This document shows, in pieces, positions 9,505-20,215 of a DNA stretch of 64,000 bases (within the stretch, counting starts at the first letter, position 1; every line of letters starts with the position of its first letter). The translations under genes and the position numbers were made by a program. Source of the DNA: Candidatus Poribacteria bacterium (GTDB taxonomy: Bacteria; Poribacteria; WGA-4E; JAJDTR01); contig OZ246960.1 of NCBI GenBank assembly GCA_965232235.1, forward strand, positions 3,405,397 through 3,469,396, in the 5' to 3' direction. The notes below the pieces were generated by a model. The model searched no databases. It was not told the origin of the DNA and was given only the letters and a program-made list of their open reading frames with translations.

Positions 9505-10497
9505 ATGAGGGACCGTTCTAAAGAAATCAACCTTGTCGTTGACACTCTCGTAGCTGAACCCGGACAGAGATTGGAGGAACATCTATATGTAGGCACGATG
9601 GCGGACGGGACACCAATTCGACTGCCGATCGTGTTGATAAACGGCAGCCAGAACCAGCCCGGAAAGACTCTCTACATTCAATCTATTAGTGATGGCGACG
9701 AACTGAATGGTATCGCCGTCATTCAGGAGCTGTTACGCGAAATCCAACCCGACAGTCTGAGCGGCAAAATAATTGCCGTGCCCATCGTGAATTTTCACGC
9801 CTTCCATGCCCGGCAGGCTTTCAGTCCGATTGACAACATGAAAATGAACCGATGTTTCCCTGGCAATAAGCTTGGCACGTCGAGCGAAAGAATTGCACAT
9901 CGTCTCTTTAGCGCTGCCATCTCTCAGTCAGACTATTGCATCGACCTGCATCAGGGCGGAATTCATCCGATGATTGATGAGGTCCGGGTTCGCGTGGGCA
10001 ACAAACACTCGCAATACAAGGATTGTCTTGAATTAGCACGTGTTTTTGGTATCGGACATATTCTCGATCAGAAGGGACCTGAAGGGCAACTCGCGCAAGC
10101 TGCTCCGCATAAAGGCATTCCAACAATTAATCCGGAACTGGGGGGTTGCATGGGATGGGACGCAGGTAGTATTGCGAAGGGGATACGTGGTGTTCGCAAT
10201 GTCCTGAGACACTACGGTTTCACGGAGGGCGATCCCGAGTTGTCGGAAAGACAGATTGTTGTGAATAGATTGATATCGGTGCTGAGTGACGAGGGCGGCT
10301 TCATTGATTATAAGGTAAATCTTTACGATCATGTTGAATTACATCAGCCTGTTGCCGAAGTCCGAGATGTGTTCGGAAATCTACAAGACGAAATTTGTGC
10401 GCCTGAGACCGGAATATTCTGGTCACACCCGGCATATCCGTTGGCTGTGACCGGAGGCATCATTGGCAAAATCGGAATTCCAGTTGACTATGTTTGA
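9505..10497 (+). CDS. Succinylglutamate desuccinylase/aspartoacylase family protein (M14-like)
   Basis: DGDELNG, NRCFPG, IDLHQG, PELGG motifs and a C-terminal hybrid-barrel segment. Confidence 0.88.
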   Translation: MRDRSKEINLVVDTLVAEPGQRLEEHLYVGTMADGTPIRLPIVLINGSQNQPGKTLYIQSISDGDELNGIAVIQELLREIQPDSLSGKIIAVPIVNFHAFHARQAFSPIDNMKMNRCFPGNKLGTSSERIAHRLFSAAISQSDYCIDLHQGGIHPMIDEVRVRVGNKHSQYKDCLELARVFGIGHILDQKGPEGQLAQAAPHKGIPTINPELGGCMGWDAGSIAKGIRGVRNVLRHYGFTEGDPELSERQIVVNRLISVLSDEGGFIDYKVNLYDHVELHQPVAEVRDVFGNLQDEICAPETGIFWSHPAYPLAVTGGIIGKIGIPVDYV

Positions 10498-10708
10498 AAT
10501 ATCTATTTTGAGTCTTTCTCGATTCATGATTCTCATGTATGGTTGCTGTAATTTGTTCGGGTGGCTAGTTTCCGGCACACACTTCGATGGAGTAATAAGT
10601 CAAAACATACATTAGCACATGAGCGGGTTCTGTAGTAAACTTGATTTGAATTTCAGCGTCTTTAATTACGGCTTCACAACATTCTTGAAACGGGGGAAAA
10701 GAATTCGG

Positions 10709-12934
10709 ATGCAACAGTTTTGTAGAGTCAAACTTGTGATACTTTGCTTAGTCCTTATTTCAACGGCGAATCTCAATGAATCGGATGCTGATTGGCCCGC
10801 ATGGCGAGGGGCAGCTCAAAACGGTGCGTCCTCGGAGACAGGTTTAGTTTCCACATGGTCGCAGGACGGCGAAAACCTAATATGGAAAGCGGATTTCATT
10901 GGTAGGTCTACACCTATCGTTCTTAACAAGCGTGTATACGTCATCGGACGCGTTGGGGAAGAAATTACGGAGCAGGAGAGAGTTGCCTGTTTCGACGCTG
11001 AGACGGGGGGATTGCTTTGGGAACATCGATTCAATGTCTTCCACAGCACGATTCCGTTTAACCGACTCGGTTGGACAAGCCTGGCCGGTGACGCGGAGAC
11101 AGGCAATATATACGCTCACACTATCAGCGGTATATTCGCCTGTTTTGACGGCGACGGCACGATTGTCTGGTCACGCTCCTTAACGGAGGAGTTTGGGCGT
11201 TTCACTGGCTACGGCGGACGTGTTGTCACGCCTGTGGTGGACAAAGACCTTGTAATTCTGAGTTTCCTCAATACGAGTTGGGGCAGCCACGCCGCAATGC
11301 GCCACCGCTATTTTGCTTTTGACAAGCGAACCGGGGATGTTGTATGGACGACAACTCCCGGTGGACGCCCCAAAGACACAACTTATCCCGTGGGCGTGAT
11401 AGCCGAGATCGAGGGGCGCCGTTTGTTGATTGACGGTAATTCGGACGGTCACGTTTATGCAATGGACGCGGCAACGGGTGAAAGAGTGTGGGGCTTCCAG
11501 GTTAGTCAAGGACCGCTCAACGCTTCGGTGGTGGTAGATGGAACGCGGGTCTACGCAAGTCACAATCGGGAGAACACGGACACAACGGTCATTGGACGTG
11601 TCGTCTGTATTGACGGAACGGGTACCGGTGATGTTTCCAAATCGCATGAAGTCTGGCGCGTCGATGGCATTGAGGCGGGTTATAGCTCACCGGCATTTCA
11701 CGATGGACGACTTTATGTTGTGGATAGTGCGGCAAACCTGCACTGTCTGAACGGGGAAACCGGTCAAGTTCACTGGACACACAGTCTCGGCACGGTTGGC
11801 AAGGGGTCTCCTGTGGTGGCGGATGGGAAAATTTACGTCACTGAAGTCAACGGCCATTTCCACATCCTGCAACCGGGTACCAACGAGTGTACGTCACTTG
11901 ACACAGAGCAGATTGAAAGACATTCCGGGCGCTACGCGGAGATTTTCGGGTCACCGGCTATAGCCTACCGTCGAATTTACTTTGCCACCGAGACAGGGCT
12001 CTACTGCTTAGGGAAAAATGAATATAGCGTGGCAGCGCTTTCAGGTACCAAAGCACCTGAGGCCTTGAGATATGGTCGGGGCAAACCTGAAACCGCCAAT
12101 GGGGTAACCGCACCTGCTTCGGTCCGAATCGTTCCTGCTGAACTCTTGAGCACACCGGGGGAAACGGTTCAATTCAACGCCCGTGTCTTTGATGAAATAG
12201 GTAATGCATTAGAAGAGAAAGTTGGTATGTGGTCGATTGACGGGTTGAAGGGTGCAATCGACGACAGCGGAACGTTGAAACTTGAAGCAGGCGACGTAGG
12301 ACAAGCGGGTACGGTCTCTGTCCAAGTTGACGAGGTACGAGATTCCGCGCGTGTCCGCGTCATTCCCGATTTGCCGTGGCACGAAGATTTTGAATCAATC
12401 GCGGAAGGAAAGACTCCCCCACACTGGGTGCGTGCAACGGGGCGATTCGCTGTCCGTGAGATGAACGGGAACAAGGTTCTCGTAAAACCACCTGCGCGTC
12501 GCGGGTTACATCGGTCCAATGTATATATCGGTCGTCCAAACATGAGCGGTTACACGGTTCAGGTCGATTTAATGGGGACCAAGCCCAAGCGGAATCTTCC
12601 TGACATGGGACTTATCGCGAATCGCTATACGTTAGAGATGCAAGGCAATCATCAGCGGCTTCAAGTCCTTTCTTGGCGGTCAGACCTGCGTATGGCAGAG
12701 TCGGTTGACCTCAAATGGGAAGCTAATATTTGGTACACCATGAAAATGACGGTCGAACTCGTTAACGATAAAGCGATTGTGAAAGGGAAGGTTTGGCAAA
12801 AAGACACACCCGAACCCGGCGAATGGACGATTACAGTCGAGGATCCGCTGCCGAACCGTGAAGGAAGTGCGGGCATTTATGGCTATTCACCCGCCGAGAT
12901 TTATTATGATAACCTGAGAGTTTGGGAGAACTGA
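10709..12934 (+). CDS. Secreted PQQ/BamB-like beta-propeller protein with Ig-like and C-terminal beta-sandwich domains
   Basis: Signal peptide then DWPAWRG, repeated DAxTGxxxW and SP-V-DG blades, C-terminal YYDNLRV domain. ATG 10709 preferred over 10619. Confidence 0.85.
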   Translation: MQQFCRVKLVILCLVLISTANLNESDADWPAWRGAAQNGASSETGLVSTWSQDGENLIWKADFIGRSTPIVLNKRVYVIGRVGEEITEQERVACFDAETGGLLWEHRFNVFHSTIPFNRLGWTSLAGDAETGNIYAHTISGIFACFDGDGTIVWSRSLTEEFGRFTGYGGRVVTPVVDKDLVILSFLNTSWGSHAAMRHRYFAFDKRTGDVVWTTTPGGRPKDTTYPVGVIAEIEGRRLLIDGNSDGHVYAMDAATGERVWGFQVSQGPLNASVVVDGTRVYASHNRENTDTTVIGRVVCIDGTGTGDVSKSHEVWRVDGIEAGYSSPAFHDGRLYVVDSAANLHCLNGETGQVHWTHSLGTVGKGSPVVADGKIYVTEVNGHFHILQPGTNECTSLDTEQIERHSGRYAEIFGSPAIAYRRIYFATETGLYCLGKNEYSVAALSGTKAPEALRYGRGKPETANGVTAPASVRIVPAELLSTPGETVQFNARVFDEIGNALEEKVGMWSIDGLKGAIDDSGTLKLEAGDVGQAGTVSVQVDEVRDSARVRVIPDLPWHEDFESIAEGKTPPHWVRATGRFAVREMNGNKVLVKPPARRGLHRSNVYIGRPNMSGYTVQVDLMGTKPKRNLPDMGLIANRYTLEMQGNHQRLQVLSWRSDLRMAESVDLKWEANIWYTMKMTVELVNDKAIVKGKVWQKDTPEPGEWTITVEDPLPNREGSAGIYGYSPAEIYYDNLRVWEN

Positions 12935-13012
12935 CGACACTCTCACTGCCCTAATCTGGAAAGGTTCCGCAAATTTTTTGGATAGTTGTTTTTCACGATA
13001 AAGGAATGATAA

Positions 13013-14470
13013 ATGCTTAAGATACAAAACTCAATTGCCGGAACTGTCGCGCTTATCTTCGTAAGTGCACTTGTGTTTCCGGTCACCGTGTCCTCCGAGC
13101 GTACGGAAGATACAGCAATGTGGGGATTTACGCCATCGCGCAATCTAGTTTCCGACGAGACTAATCTGCCCGAAAAATGGGATACGAAGACCGGGGAGAA
13201 CATCAAATGGAAAACAGAGCTGGGATCACAATCCTATGCGGGACCGGTTATTATAGGTGGAAAAGTTTTTGTAGGAACTAATAATCAAGCACTGCGCAAT
13301 CCCAAACTCACTGGAGATCGCGGTGTCATTATGGCGTTCAATGAGGTTGACGGCGCATTTCTATGGCAATCAACGCACACCAAACTTCCGGCAGGTCGAG
13401 TCAACGATTGGCCGCAACAGGGTATCTGCTCGACACCGTTCATTGAAGGCGATCGTCTGTACTACATCTCAAACCGTTGCGAAGTAGTTTGCATCGATAC
13501 GGAGGGGTTTACGGATGGTGAGAATGACGGTCCGTTTACAGATGAAACCGATGCGACCAAGATTGATGGCGATATTATATGGAAATACGATATGATGGAA
13601 GAGCTTGATGTTTTTCCTCACAATCTTGCCACGTGCTCCCCGGTTGGCGCCGGAGATTTACTTTTCGTCATCACGGCTAATGGCGTTGATGAAGGCCATA
13701 TCCACATTCCGTCGCCGTTTGCCCCGAGCTTCATTGCAGTCAATAAAGACACGGGAGAGCTTGTTTGGGAAAGTGATTTACCCGGGGAAGACATTCTCCA
13801 CGGTCAATGGTCTAATCCAGCGTACGCAGAGATTGACGGAGTGCCTCAAGTCATACTTCCCGGTGGTGACGGTTGGGTGTATTCACTTGAGCCCGAGACC
13901 GGAAATCTCATCTGGAAGTTTGACGGCAATCCCAAAGATTCCGTGTGGGAGTTAGGTGGGAGAGGAACCCGAAACGCTATAATTGCTACTCCTGTAATCT
14001 ACAACAACAAGGTTTTTATCGGTGTTGGCCAAGACCCGGAACATGGGGAGGGAGTCGGACACCTTTGGGCGATTGATGCAACAGGCAGCGGAGATATCAC
14101 CACAACAGGCGCCGTTTGGCATTTTGGGGACAAAAATTACCATCGTACCATATCCACTGTGGCGATTCACGACGGGTTGCTGTACGCGGCGGACTTAACA
14201 GGTTTTGTTTACTGTCTTAATGCAGATACAGGCGAACACTATTGGACATACGACACGTATGCGGCGATATGGGGCTCACCTTTCGTGGCGGACGGAAAGG
14301 TATACATCGGCGACGAAGACGGAGATGTTGCTGTGTTTAGGACAGGTAAAGAAATGGAACTGCTCTACGAGGTGAATATGGGTAGCGCGGTTTACACGAC
14401 CCCTGTGGCGAAGGACAAGGTGTTGTACATTGTGAGTCGAAACACACTTTTTGCGATTGCCGAAGAGTGA
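13013..14470 (+). CDS. Secreted PQQ/BamB-like beta-propeller protein
   Basis: Signal peptide, MWGFTPSRN, repeated xxTGxxxW blades, acidic loops. Confidence 0.85.
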   Translation: MLKIQNSIAGTVALIFVSALVFPVTVSSERTEDTAMWGFTPSRNLVSDETNLPEKWDTKTGENIKWKTELGSQSYAGPVIIGGKVFVGTNNQALRNPKLTGDRGVIMAFNEVDGAFLWQSTHTKLPAGRVNDWPQQGICSTPFIEGDRLYYISNRCEVVCIDTEGFTDGENDGPFTDETDATKIDGDIIWKYDMMEELDVFPHNLATCSPVGAGDLLFVITANGVDEGHIHIPSPFAPSFIAVNKDTGELVWESDLPGEDILHGQWSNPAYAEIDGVPQVILPGGDGWVYSLEPETGNLIWKFDGNPKDSVWELGGRGTRNAIIATPVIYNNKVFIGVGQDPEHGEGVGHLWAIDATGSGDITTTGAVWHFGDKNYHRTISTVAIHDGLLYAADLTGFVYCLNADTGEHYWTYDTYAAIWGSPFVADGKVYIGDEDGDVAVFRTGKEMELLYEVNMGSAVYTTPVAKDKVLYIVSRNTLFAIAEE

Positions 14471-14559
14471 AAAGGAACAACCCGGCGTCGAGTCTTAATG
14501 GATAAAGATCTTATCGAGAGTTGTGTTATTAGAATGTAAGGTGAAGCGTTAAAAAAGTC

Positions 14560-15648
14560 GTGGAATTTTTGAATCAAACTCTATCTCAAAGTATCAAGCT
14601 TGCACGTTGTCAACTGGATGCTCACGTCCGTGAAATAGTTGATTGGCACTTTAGTCCGGAGACGGGGTGTCCGTTTTGGCTAGAGTTTGCAGAAAAACTT
14701 GAATTTGACCCACGGAAAGAGATTGGGGGTTACGACGATTTAAAAATCCTTGGCCATTTTCAGGACGAGTGGTTACGCGGCGGACCAGTTCGGCGTTGGG
14801 TGCCCATAGCGTATGCGGATGAGCCGGTTTATGTATTCGAAACGGGGGGATCTACCGGAATTCCGAAATCTCGTATCAGTATCCGTGACTTTCAGATTGA
14901 CTACGAGGTCTACAGTGAAACGCTTTCCGACTCGAGTTTTCCTCGTGGAAGTGATTGGCTGATGCTTGGACCTACGGGGCCAAGGCGGTTGCGCCTCGCT
15001 GTCGAGCATCTGGCACAGCATCGAGGGGGAATCTGTTTTCTCGTAGATTTGGATCCGCGCTGGGTGAACAAACTCATCAAGTACGGGAAACATCAGGAAT
15101 TAGACGCATACAAAAGCCATGTAATCGATCAAGCGTTAAACATCTTACGAGCGCACGAGACAATCCAGTGCCTTTTCACGACGCCAAAACTGCTTGAGGC
15201 ACTCTGTGAAAAAATTTTTTTGAAGAAGGCAGGAATTCGGGGCATTTTTTGCGGTGGAACCGAAATGAACGCTCAATTTCACCGCTTCGCGCGAGAGGAA
15301 TTAGTTCCCGGGATAGATTTTATTCCCACCTACGGAAATACACTTATGGGGTTGGCGTGCTGTAAACCGTTCGATCTCGAGGACAACTACGCGATTATCT
15401 ATTATCCGCCCCAACCGCGCGCTGTTATTGAATTGGTCAACCCGGAAAACACTGAGGAAACCGTTGACTACGGTGATACAGGGCGAGTCATGTTGACCAC
15501 GCTAACCAAGGAATTCTTTATGCCGCGCTTCCTAGAAAGAGACGAGGCGGAACGAGCAAAGCCAATCGAAGATTATCCTTGGGATGGTGTCGAGAATCTA
15601 AGACTGTTGTCGGAGCTACAAGAGTCGGTTGTCGTAGGTGTGTACTAG
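14560..15648 (+). CDS. GriC/EhpF-like truncated adenylate-forming enzyme (ANL/LuxE-related)
   Basis: WHFSPETGCPFW N-terminus, ETGGSTGIPK P-loop, GGT, YGNTLMG, ERD. About 360 aa, with no C-terminal ANL lid. Confidence 0.7.
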   Translation: MEFLNQTLSQSIKLARCQLDAHVREIVDWHFSPETGCPFWLEFAEKLEFDPRKEIGGYDDLKILGHFQDEWLRGGPVRRWVPIAYADEPVYVFETGGSTGIPKSRISIRDFQIDYEVYSETLSDSSFPRGSDWLMLGPTGPRRLRLAVEHLAQHRGGICFLVDLDPRWVNKLIKYGKHQELDAYKSHVIDQALNILRAHETIQCLFTTPKLLEALCEKIFLKKAGIRGIFCGGTEMNAQFHRFAREELVPGIDFIPTYGNTLMGLACCKPFDLEDNYAIIYYPPQPRAVIELVNPENTEETVDYGDTGRVMLTTLTKEFFMPRFLERDEAERAKPIEDYPWDGVENLRLLSELQESVVVGVY

Positions 15649-15767
15649 CAAGCCACGGTCGCTAGGCATCAGTAGCGCCGAAGGCTTAGGGTTTGATTGG
15701 AAAGTTGGCGTCACGCGAGGTCACTAAAAGCGGAAAATGGTTATGTTGAGAGGACACGGAGGGACAG

Positions 15768-16469
15768 ATGACTAAGAAAATAGAGAAATTGTTCCGGGCG
15801 CCCTACTCTATGCCGAATGGATTGCAGATGACCGACGATGGTCTCTGGGTTGTTGATCAGATAACTGATAGGGTAGCTCTGCTTGAGATGAAAGAGACGT
15901 CTGAATACGGTGTGCCACGAGTCGTTTCAGAGATTACGTCAGAGTCGTCCAACACTAGCGGGATGACTCACGGCGGAGGTTCGCTTTGGCTGGCGGCGAA
16001 CGGTGAAGGGAGTCGATGGCGACCTGCCCGACCAACGGACGCGAAGGCTGGTGAATCGGACATACTTAGAATTAATCCGGATACCGGCAACACTGAGGAT
16101 CGATATCCGATTCCGGGTGGAGGCGGCACACACGGAGTTGAATACGATCACGTCGAAGAAGGCTATCTTTGGGTTCAAACCCTAAAGGATCAAATTCTGC
16201 ACAAGGTAGAAATTTCAGACTGGTCTGTGCAGCACACGATTCCACTACCATATACTCGCGGTCATGGAATGGTGCGATCAGATGATGGAATCTGGGTTGT
16301 GCACACTTCTGATCGCGTCATCGTCAAACTAGACGTGAACGACGGTCAAGAAATGGAGCGAATTGAAGTGCCGGAGCCGCATCCCGAGCCGCATGGACTG
16401 TCGACCTTCAACGGAGGTTTCGTCTATTGCGATGCGACTTCTGGTTGGGTGGCGAAGATTTCACTATGA
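15768..16469 (+). CDS. Small beta-propeller protein (NHL/Vgb-like repeats)
   Basis: Repeats PNGLQ..LWVVD, SGMT..LWLA, THGVE..LWV, GHGM..IWV, PHGLS..VYCD. Confidence 0.65.
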   Translation: MTKKIEKLFRAPYSMPNGLQMTDDGLWVVDQITDRVALLEMKETSEYGVPRVVSEITSESSNTSGMTHGGGSLWLAANGEGSRWRPARPTDAKAGESDILRINPDTGNTEDRYPIPGGGGTHGVEYDHVEEGYLWVQTLKDQILHKVEISDWSVQHTIPLPYTRGHGMVRSDDGIWVVHTSDRVIVKLDVNDGQEMERIEVPEPHPEPHGLSTFNGGFVYCDATSGWVAKISL

Positions 16470-16518
16470 AGGGTAGAATTCAGCGTACCATCCCCACCAA
16501 TGTTAAGAATATTGACCC

Positions 16519-17946
16519 ATGATACACATTCCGATTCTTCGAGCTGGGCGTTCCTACAGAAGTTTAAACACTGTTCGCGTGCCTCATGTTAAGACGGGTG
16601 AACCAGTCGCCATTGTAAGTCAAGCCAACCAAGGATTGATTGCGAAGGATTTGCACGAGGTAGACGAGAGTAGGCGGGCACTGGAGGCCTTTTCCGTTTC
16701 GGAGTTGTTGGCAATCTGTAAAGAGGCGGCACAACTTTTCGCAGAATCGGAACTGCCGGTGGATGGTACACCGCAATCTCCGGACGATTATATTCAGTGT
16801 CTCTCTGCAACCACAGGGATGCCGGAATCGCTTTGCTGGAAAAATATGGCAAAGATTCGATTGATGCTTGAACAACTTGAGGCTGTTCTCGGGGGGTTGA
16901 CACGCGGCTTAGATCTCTCCGTTCTTGATGCAGGTTGGGGCGTTCAAGACGGGCGACACCTGAGCTATGTACCACAAACCGATGCACTAGGCGCTGTGCT
17001 TCCAAACAATTCTCCAGGAGTGCATGCGCTCTGGATTCCGGCAATTCCGCTAAAAACTCCGCTCATACTCAAACCCGGTAGCCTGGAACCGTGGACGCCC
17101 TTTCGAATATCGCAAGCGCTCATTGAGGCGGGTTGTCCTCCGGAAGGGTTTGGGTTTTATCCGACGGATTATTCGGGAAGTAGCGAGATTATGCTTCGAT
17201 GTGGTCGATCGATGCTATTTGGCGGAGGTACTACTGTTGACCCATGGAAAACAGAACTTGGCGTTCAGATTCATGGTCCCGGTCAGAGCAAGATTATTCT
17301 TGCCGAGGATACAATCGCGCTATGGGAAGATTACCTAGATTTGATGGTTACCTCCGTTGCAGAGAATGGCGGCAGGTCATGTATTAACGCTTCGGGAGTG
17401 TGGGTTCCATCAGATGGACGAAATGTAGCAGAAGCATTGGCATCACGTTTGTCGCGAATTGAGGCTAAACCACTCGATGATCCGCAGGCTGGAATCGCCG
17501 CTTTTCCAAATCCCGAAGTCGCCCGTCAGATTTCAAACCTTATCGACAATCACCTCAAAGTACCTGGCGCAACGGACATTACGGCGAGGATTCGAGGGTC
17601 GGAGAGGGTAGCTGAGGTGGATGGATGCACGTTTCTCCTTCCGACGGTCATCTGGTGCGAAGACGCTCGGCACCCGCTGGCGAACACTGAATACCTATTC
17701 CCGTTCGTGAGCGTTGTCGAGATGCCGCAAAGAGCTATGCTAGAACACATTGGCCCCACGTTAGTTGTGACTGCCATCACAGAGGATAGAGCATTTAAGC
17801 GTGACTTGCTAACCTCACCGACGGTAGATCGTTTGAATTTGGGCCCCATTCCCACAAATCAGATTTCTTGGGAGCAACCTCACGAGGGAAATCTATTTGA
17901 GTTTCTGTACCAACAGCGGGCGTTACAGATTTCAGCCGCACCTTGA
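16519..17946 (+). CDS. Aldehyde dehydrogenase-fold protein, GriD/EhpG/LuxC-like putative acyl reductase
   Basis: PNNSP, LKPG, catalytic Cys in NGGRSCINAS, EYLFPF. The usual ELGG glutamate motif is replaced by HGPG. Confidence 0.8.
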   Translation: MIHIPILRAGRSYRSLNTVRVPHVKTGEPVAIVSQANQGLIAKDLHEVDESRRALEAFSVSELLAICKEAAQLFAESELPVDGTPQSPDDYIQCLSATTGMPESLCWKNMAKIRLMLEQLEAVLGGLTRGLDLSVLDAGWGVQDGRHLSYVPQTDALGAVLPNNSPGVHALWIPAIPLKTPLILKPGSLEPWTPFRISQALIEAGCPPEGFGFYPTDYSGSSEIMLRCGRSMLFGGGTTVDPWKTELGVQIHGPGQSKIILAEDTIALWEDYLDLMVTSVAENGGRSCINASGVWVPSDGRNVAEALASRLSRIEAKPLDDPQAGIAAFPNPEVARQISNLIDNHLKVPGATDITARIRGSERVAEVDGCTFLLPTVIWCEDARHPLANTEYLFPFVSVVEMPQRAMLEHIGPTLVVTAITEDRAFKRDLLTSPTVDRLNLGPIPTNQISWEQPHEGNLFEFLYQQRALQISAAP

Positions 17947-17970
17947 GTCAAGCAGATACAGGGTATAGTA

Positions 17971-19080
17971 ATGCACTCCTTCGACTTCCAACCCACGACC
18001 CACGTTGTCTTTGGAGAGCAGGCGTTAAGCAAGCTGGGACATTTGGCAAAGACAATGGGAGCGCATCGTGCCCTAGTTGTTACCGATCCCGGCGTCGCCA
18101 GAGTTGGCATCCTTGAAAAAGCGCTTCATTTTCTCAAACAGGAATCTATCCGCGTTGCTGCGTTCGAGGATGTTGAAGAGAACCCGACAACGAGGCATGT
18201 TGCTAACGGCGTGCAGTTTGCCAAAGATTTTGGACGACTAGATTTCATCGTTGCGATTGGCGGCGGGAGCGCGATGGATTGTGCCAAAGGGATAAACTTT
18301 ATCCATACAAACGGCGGGGAGATGGAGGACTACTGGGGCATGGATAAAGCCACCAAGCCCATGCTGCCTTCAATCGGGATTCCAACGACCGCCGGGACAG
18401 GCAGCGAAGCTCAGTCCTTTGCGTTAATTGCTCAGGAAAAAAGCCATGTTAAGATGGCGTGCGGCGACAAGAAAGCTCGGTTTCGAACGGTAATACTGGA
18501 TCCCGTGTTACCCGTTAGCGCCCCCGAAGGAGTGAAGGCAAGTGCAGGCATCGATGCAATCTCTCATGCCGTGGAAAGCCACGTTACAACACGCAGGAAT
18601 CCGGTTTCACGGCTTTTTTCGAGCGAAGCATGGCGTTTGCTTGAAGCCGGTTATGAAGTTGCGGTTACGGATCCGGCAAACCTTGAGGCTCAGAGTCGGA
18701 TGCTGTTGGGTGCGCATTTCGCGGGCATTGCAATCGAAAATTCAATGCTGGGCGCCGCGCACGCCTGCGCCAATCCGTTGACTGCAAAATACGGCATTAC
18801 TCATGGGATCGCGGTTGGACTGATGCTTCCCCACGTAATCGAATTCAATTCGCAGACCGTGGGCGAGTGTTATCAGGAGTTGCATCCGTCATCACTTTGT
18901 GAACGTATATGTGAATTAAAAACCGCAGCAGATTTGCCTAATGTGCTTCGTGATTTTGAAATTGAGGAGGAAGATTTGCCTGAATTGGCAAAGGAGGCCG
19001 CAAACCAATGGACGGGACAGTTTAACCCGCGGCCCGTTGGTGAAACCGAGTTGCTTCAGCTTTATGAGTCTGCCTACTGA
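17971..19080 (+). CDS. Iron-containing alcohol dehydrogenase
   Basis: GGGSAMDCAK, PTTAGTGSE, DAISHAVE, HACAN and HGIA metal ligands. Confidence 0.93.
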   Translation: MHSFDFQPTTHVVFGEQALSKLGHLAKTMGAHRALVVTDPGVARVGILEKALHFLKQESIRVAAFEDVEENPTTRHVANGVQFAKDFGRLDFIVAIGGGSAMDCAKGINFIHTNGGEMEDYWGMDKATKPMLPSIGIPTTAGTGSEAQSFALIAQEKSHVKMACGDKKARFRTVILDPVLPVSAPEGVKASAGIDAISHAVESHVTTRRNPVSRLFSSEAWRLLEAGYEVAVTDPANLEAQSRMLLGAHFAGIAIENSMLGAAHACANPLTAKYGITHGIAVGLMLPHVIEFNSQTVGECYQELHPSSLCERICELKTAADLPNVLRDFEIEEEDLPELAKEAANQWTGQFNPRPVGETELLQLYESAY

Positions 19081-20215
19081 ATCCCATCACGTATCACGCA
19101 TTGTGAAATGCCTTTTTCTCGGTTGTGTTTTGCTCCATTCGATTGGGTGGAGTGCGGTTTCCTCGGAAGATTGGCGTAGCTTTCGAGGCAATTCGGAATT
19201 GACGGGGGTTGCTACGAGCAAATTGCCCGACAATCTCGAACTTCTATGGACGTATCAAGCCGAGGAAGGGATTGAGTCAACCGCAGCCATCGCGGGCAAA
19301 ACTGCCTATGTGGGTTCGTGGGACGGATATCTATATGCAGTCAACCTGTTAACCGGAGAACTCAGATGGAAATACAAAGCGTCGAACGAGATTAAATCCT
19401 CTCCGTCCGTATTTGGAGAGACGGTCTACTTCGGCGACGAAACGGGCGATTTTCACGCGGTCGATGCCGAGACTGGCGCAGAATTGTGGATTTTCCGGAC
19501 CGAAGCAGGTATTATTTCTTCGGCAAATTTTGCTAGTGGTCGCGTTATCTTCGGCTCCTATGATCAGAATCTTTACTGTTTATCCATTGCGGACGGTTCT
19601 CTAATTTGGAAGTTTCAAACCGAAGGCTACGTGCATGGCTCAGCGGCGGTTTCGGACGGTGTCGCGGTTGTCACCGGATGTGATAGTTATCTTCGCCTTA
19701 TCAATCTGGAAAACGGTCGGGAAGAAAAGAGTATAGAGCTGGGCGACTACGTCGCCGCCAGCCCGGCAACGCTGAATCATCGTGCCTATGCCGGAACGTT
19801 TGGCAATCGCGTTTTGGGTATTGACTTGTCAAACGCGAAAGTACTCTGGCGTTACGAAAATCCGGAAAAGCAGTTTCCGTTCTACGCTTCGGCTGCCATT
19901 ACCGACGATGTACTCATTGTCGGCGGCAGAGACAAGATGATTCATGCCCTCATGCCGGAGACCGGCGATCTGTTATGGACCTACCCCTCCAAGTCGCGAG
20001 TGGATTCGTCCCCAGTGATCGTTGGCAAACGAGTGTTTTTTGGAACCATCGGTGGCGTCCTATACGGGTTGAACATTCATACCGGTGAGCAAATTTGGGA
20101 ATTTGTTACCGGTGCTTCGATTATGGCATCACCAAGTGTTGGAGGTGGCAAGTTGGTGATAGGCACGGACGATGGCGTTTTATACTGTTTCGGCGAAAAG
20201 GCAAACGATGGGTAA
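19064..20215 (+). CDS. Secreted PQQ/BamB-like beta-propeller protein
   Basis: DWRSFRG after a signal-like segment, eight SS(P/A)...GxxDG.LY...TG...W blades. Start moved from 18941 to avoid a long overlap with the ADH. Confidence 0.85.
   Translation: MSLPTESHHVSRIVKCLFLGCVLLHSIGWSAVSSEDWRSFRGNSELTGVATSKLPDNLELLWTYQAEEGIESTAAIAGKTAYVGSWDGYLYAVNLLTGELRWKYKASNEIKSSPSVFGETVYFGDETGDFHAVDAETGAELWIFRTEAGIISSANFASGRVIFGSYDQNLYCLSIADGSLIWKFQTEGYVHGSAAVSDGVAVVTGCDSYLRLINLENGREEKSIELGDYVAASPATLNHRAYAGTFGNRVLGIDLSNAKVLWRYENPEKQFPFYASAAITDDVLIVGGRDKMIHALMPETGDLLWTYPSKSRVDSSPVIVGKRVFFGTIGGVLYGLNIHTGEQIWEFVTGASIMASPSVGGGKLVIGTDDGVLYCFGEKANDG

Noticed and set aside
8903-9582. Minus-strand ORFs of 154, 104 and 76 aa with repeated SHSLFT/IAFAIHS motifs
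   Set aside because: They are translations of the DNA micro-repeat stack or antisense to the next gene, with no protein-family signal.
3605-10497. Racemase plus desuccinylase as a D-amino-acid conversion pathway
   Set aside because: The genes are 4.8 kb apart with a divergent gene between them, and no succinyltransferase is present.
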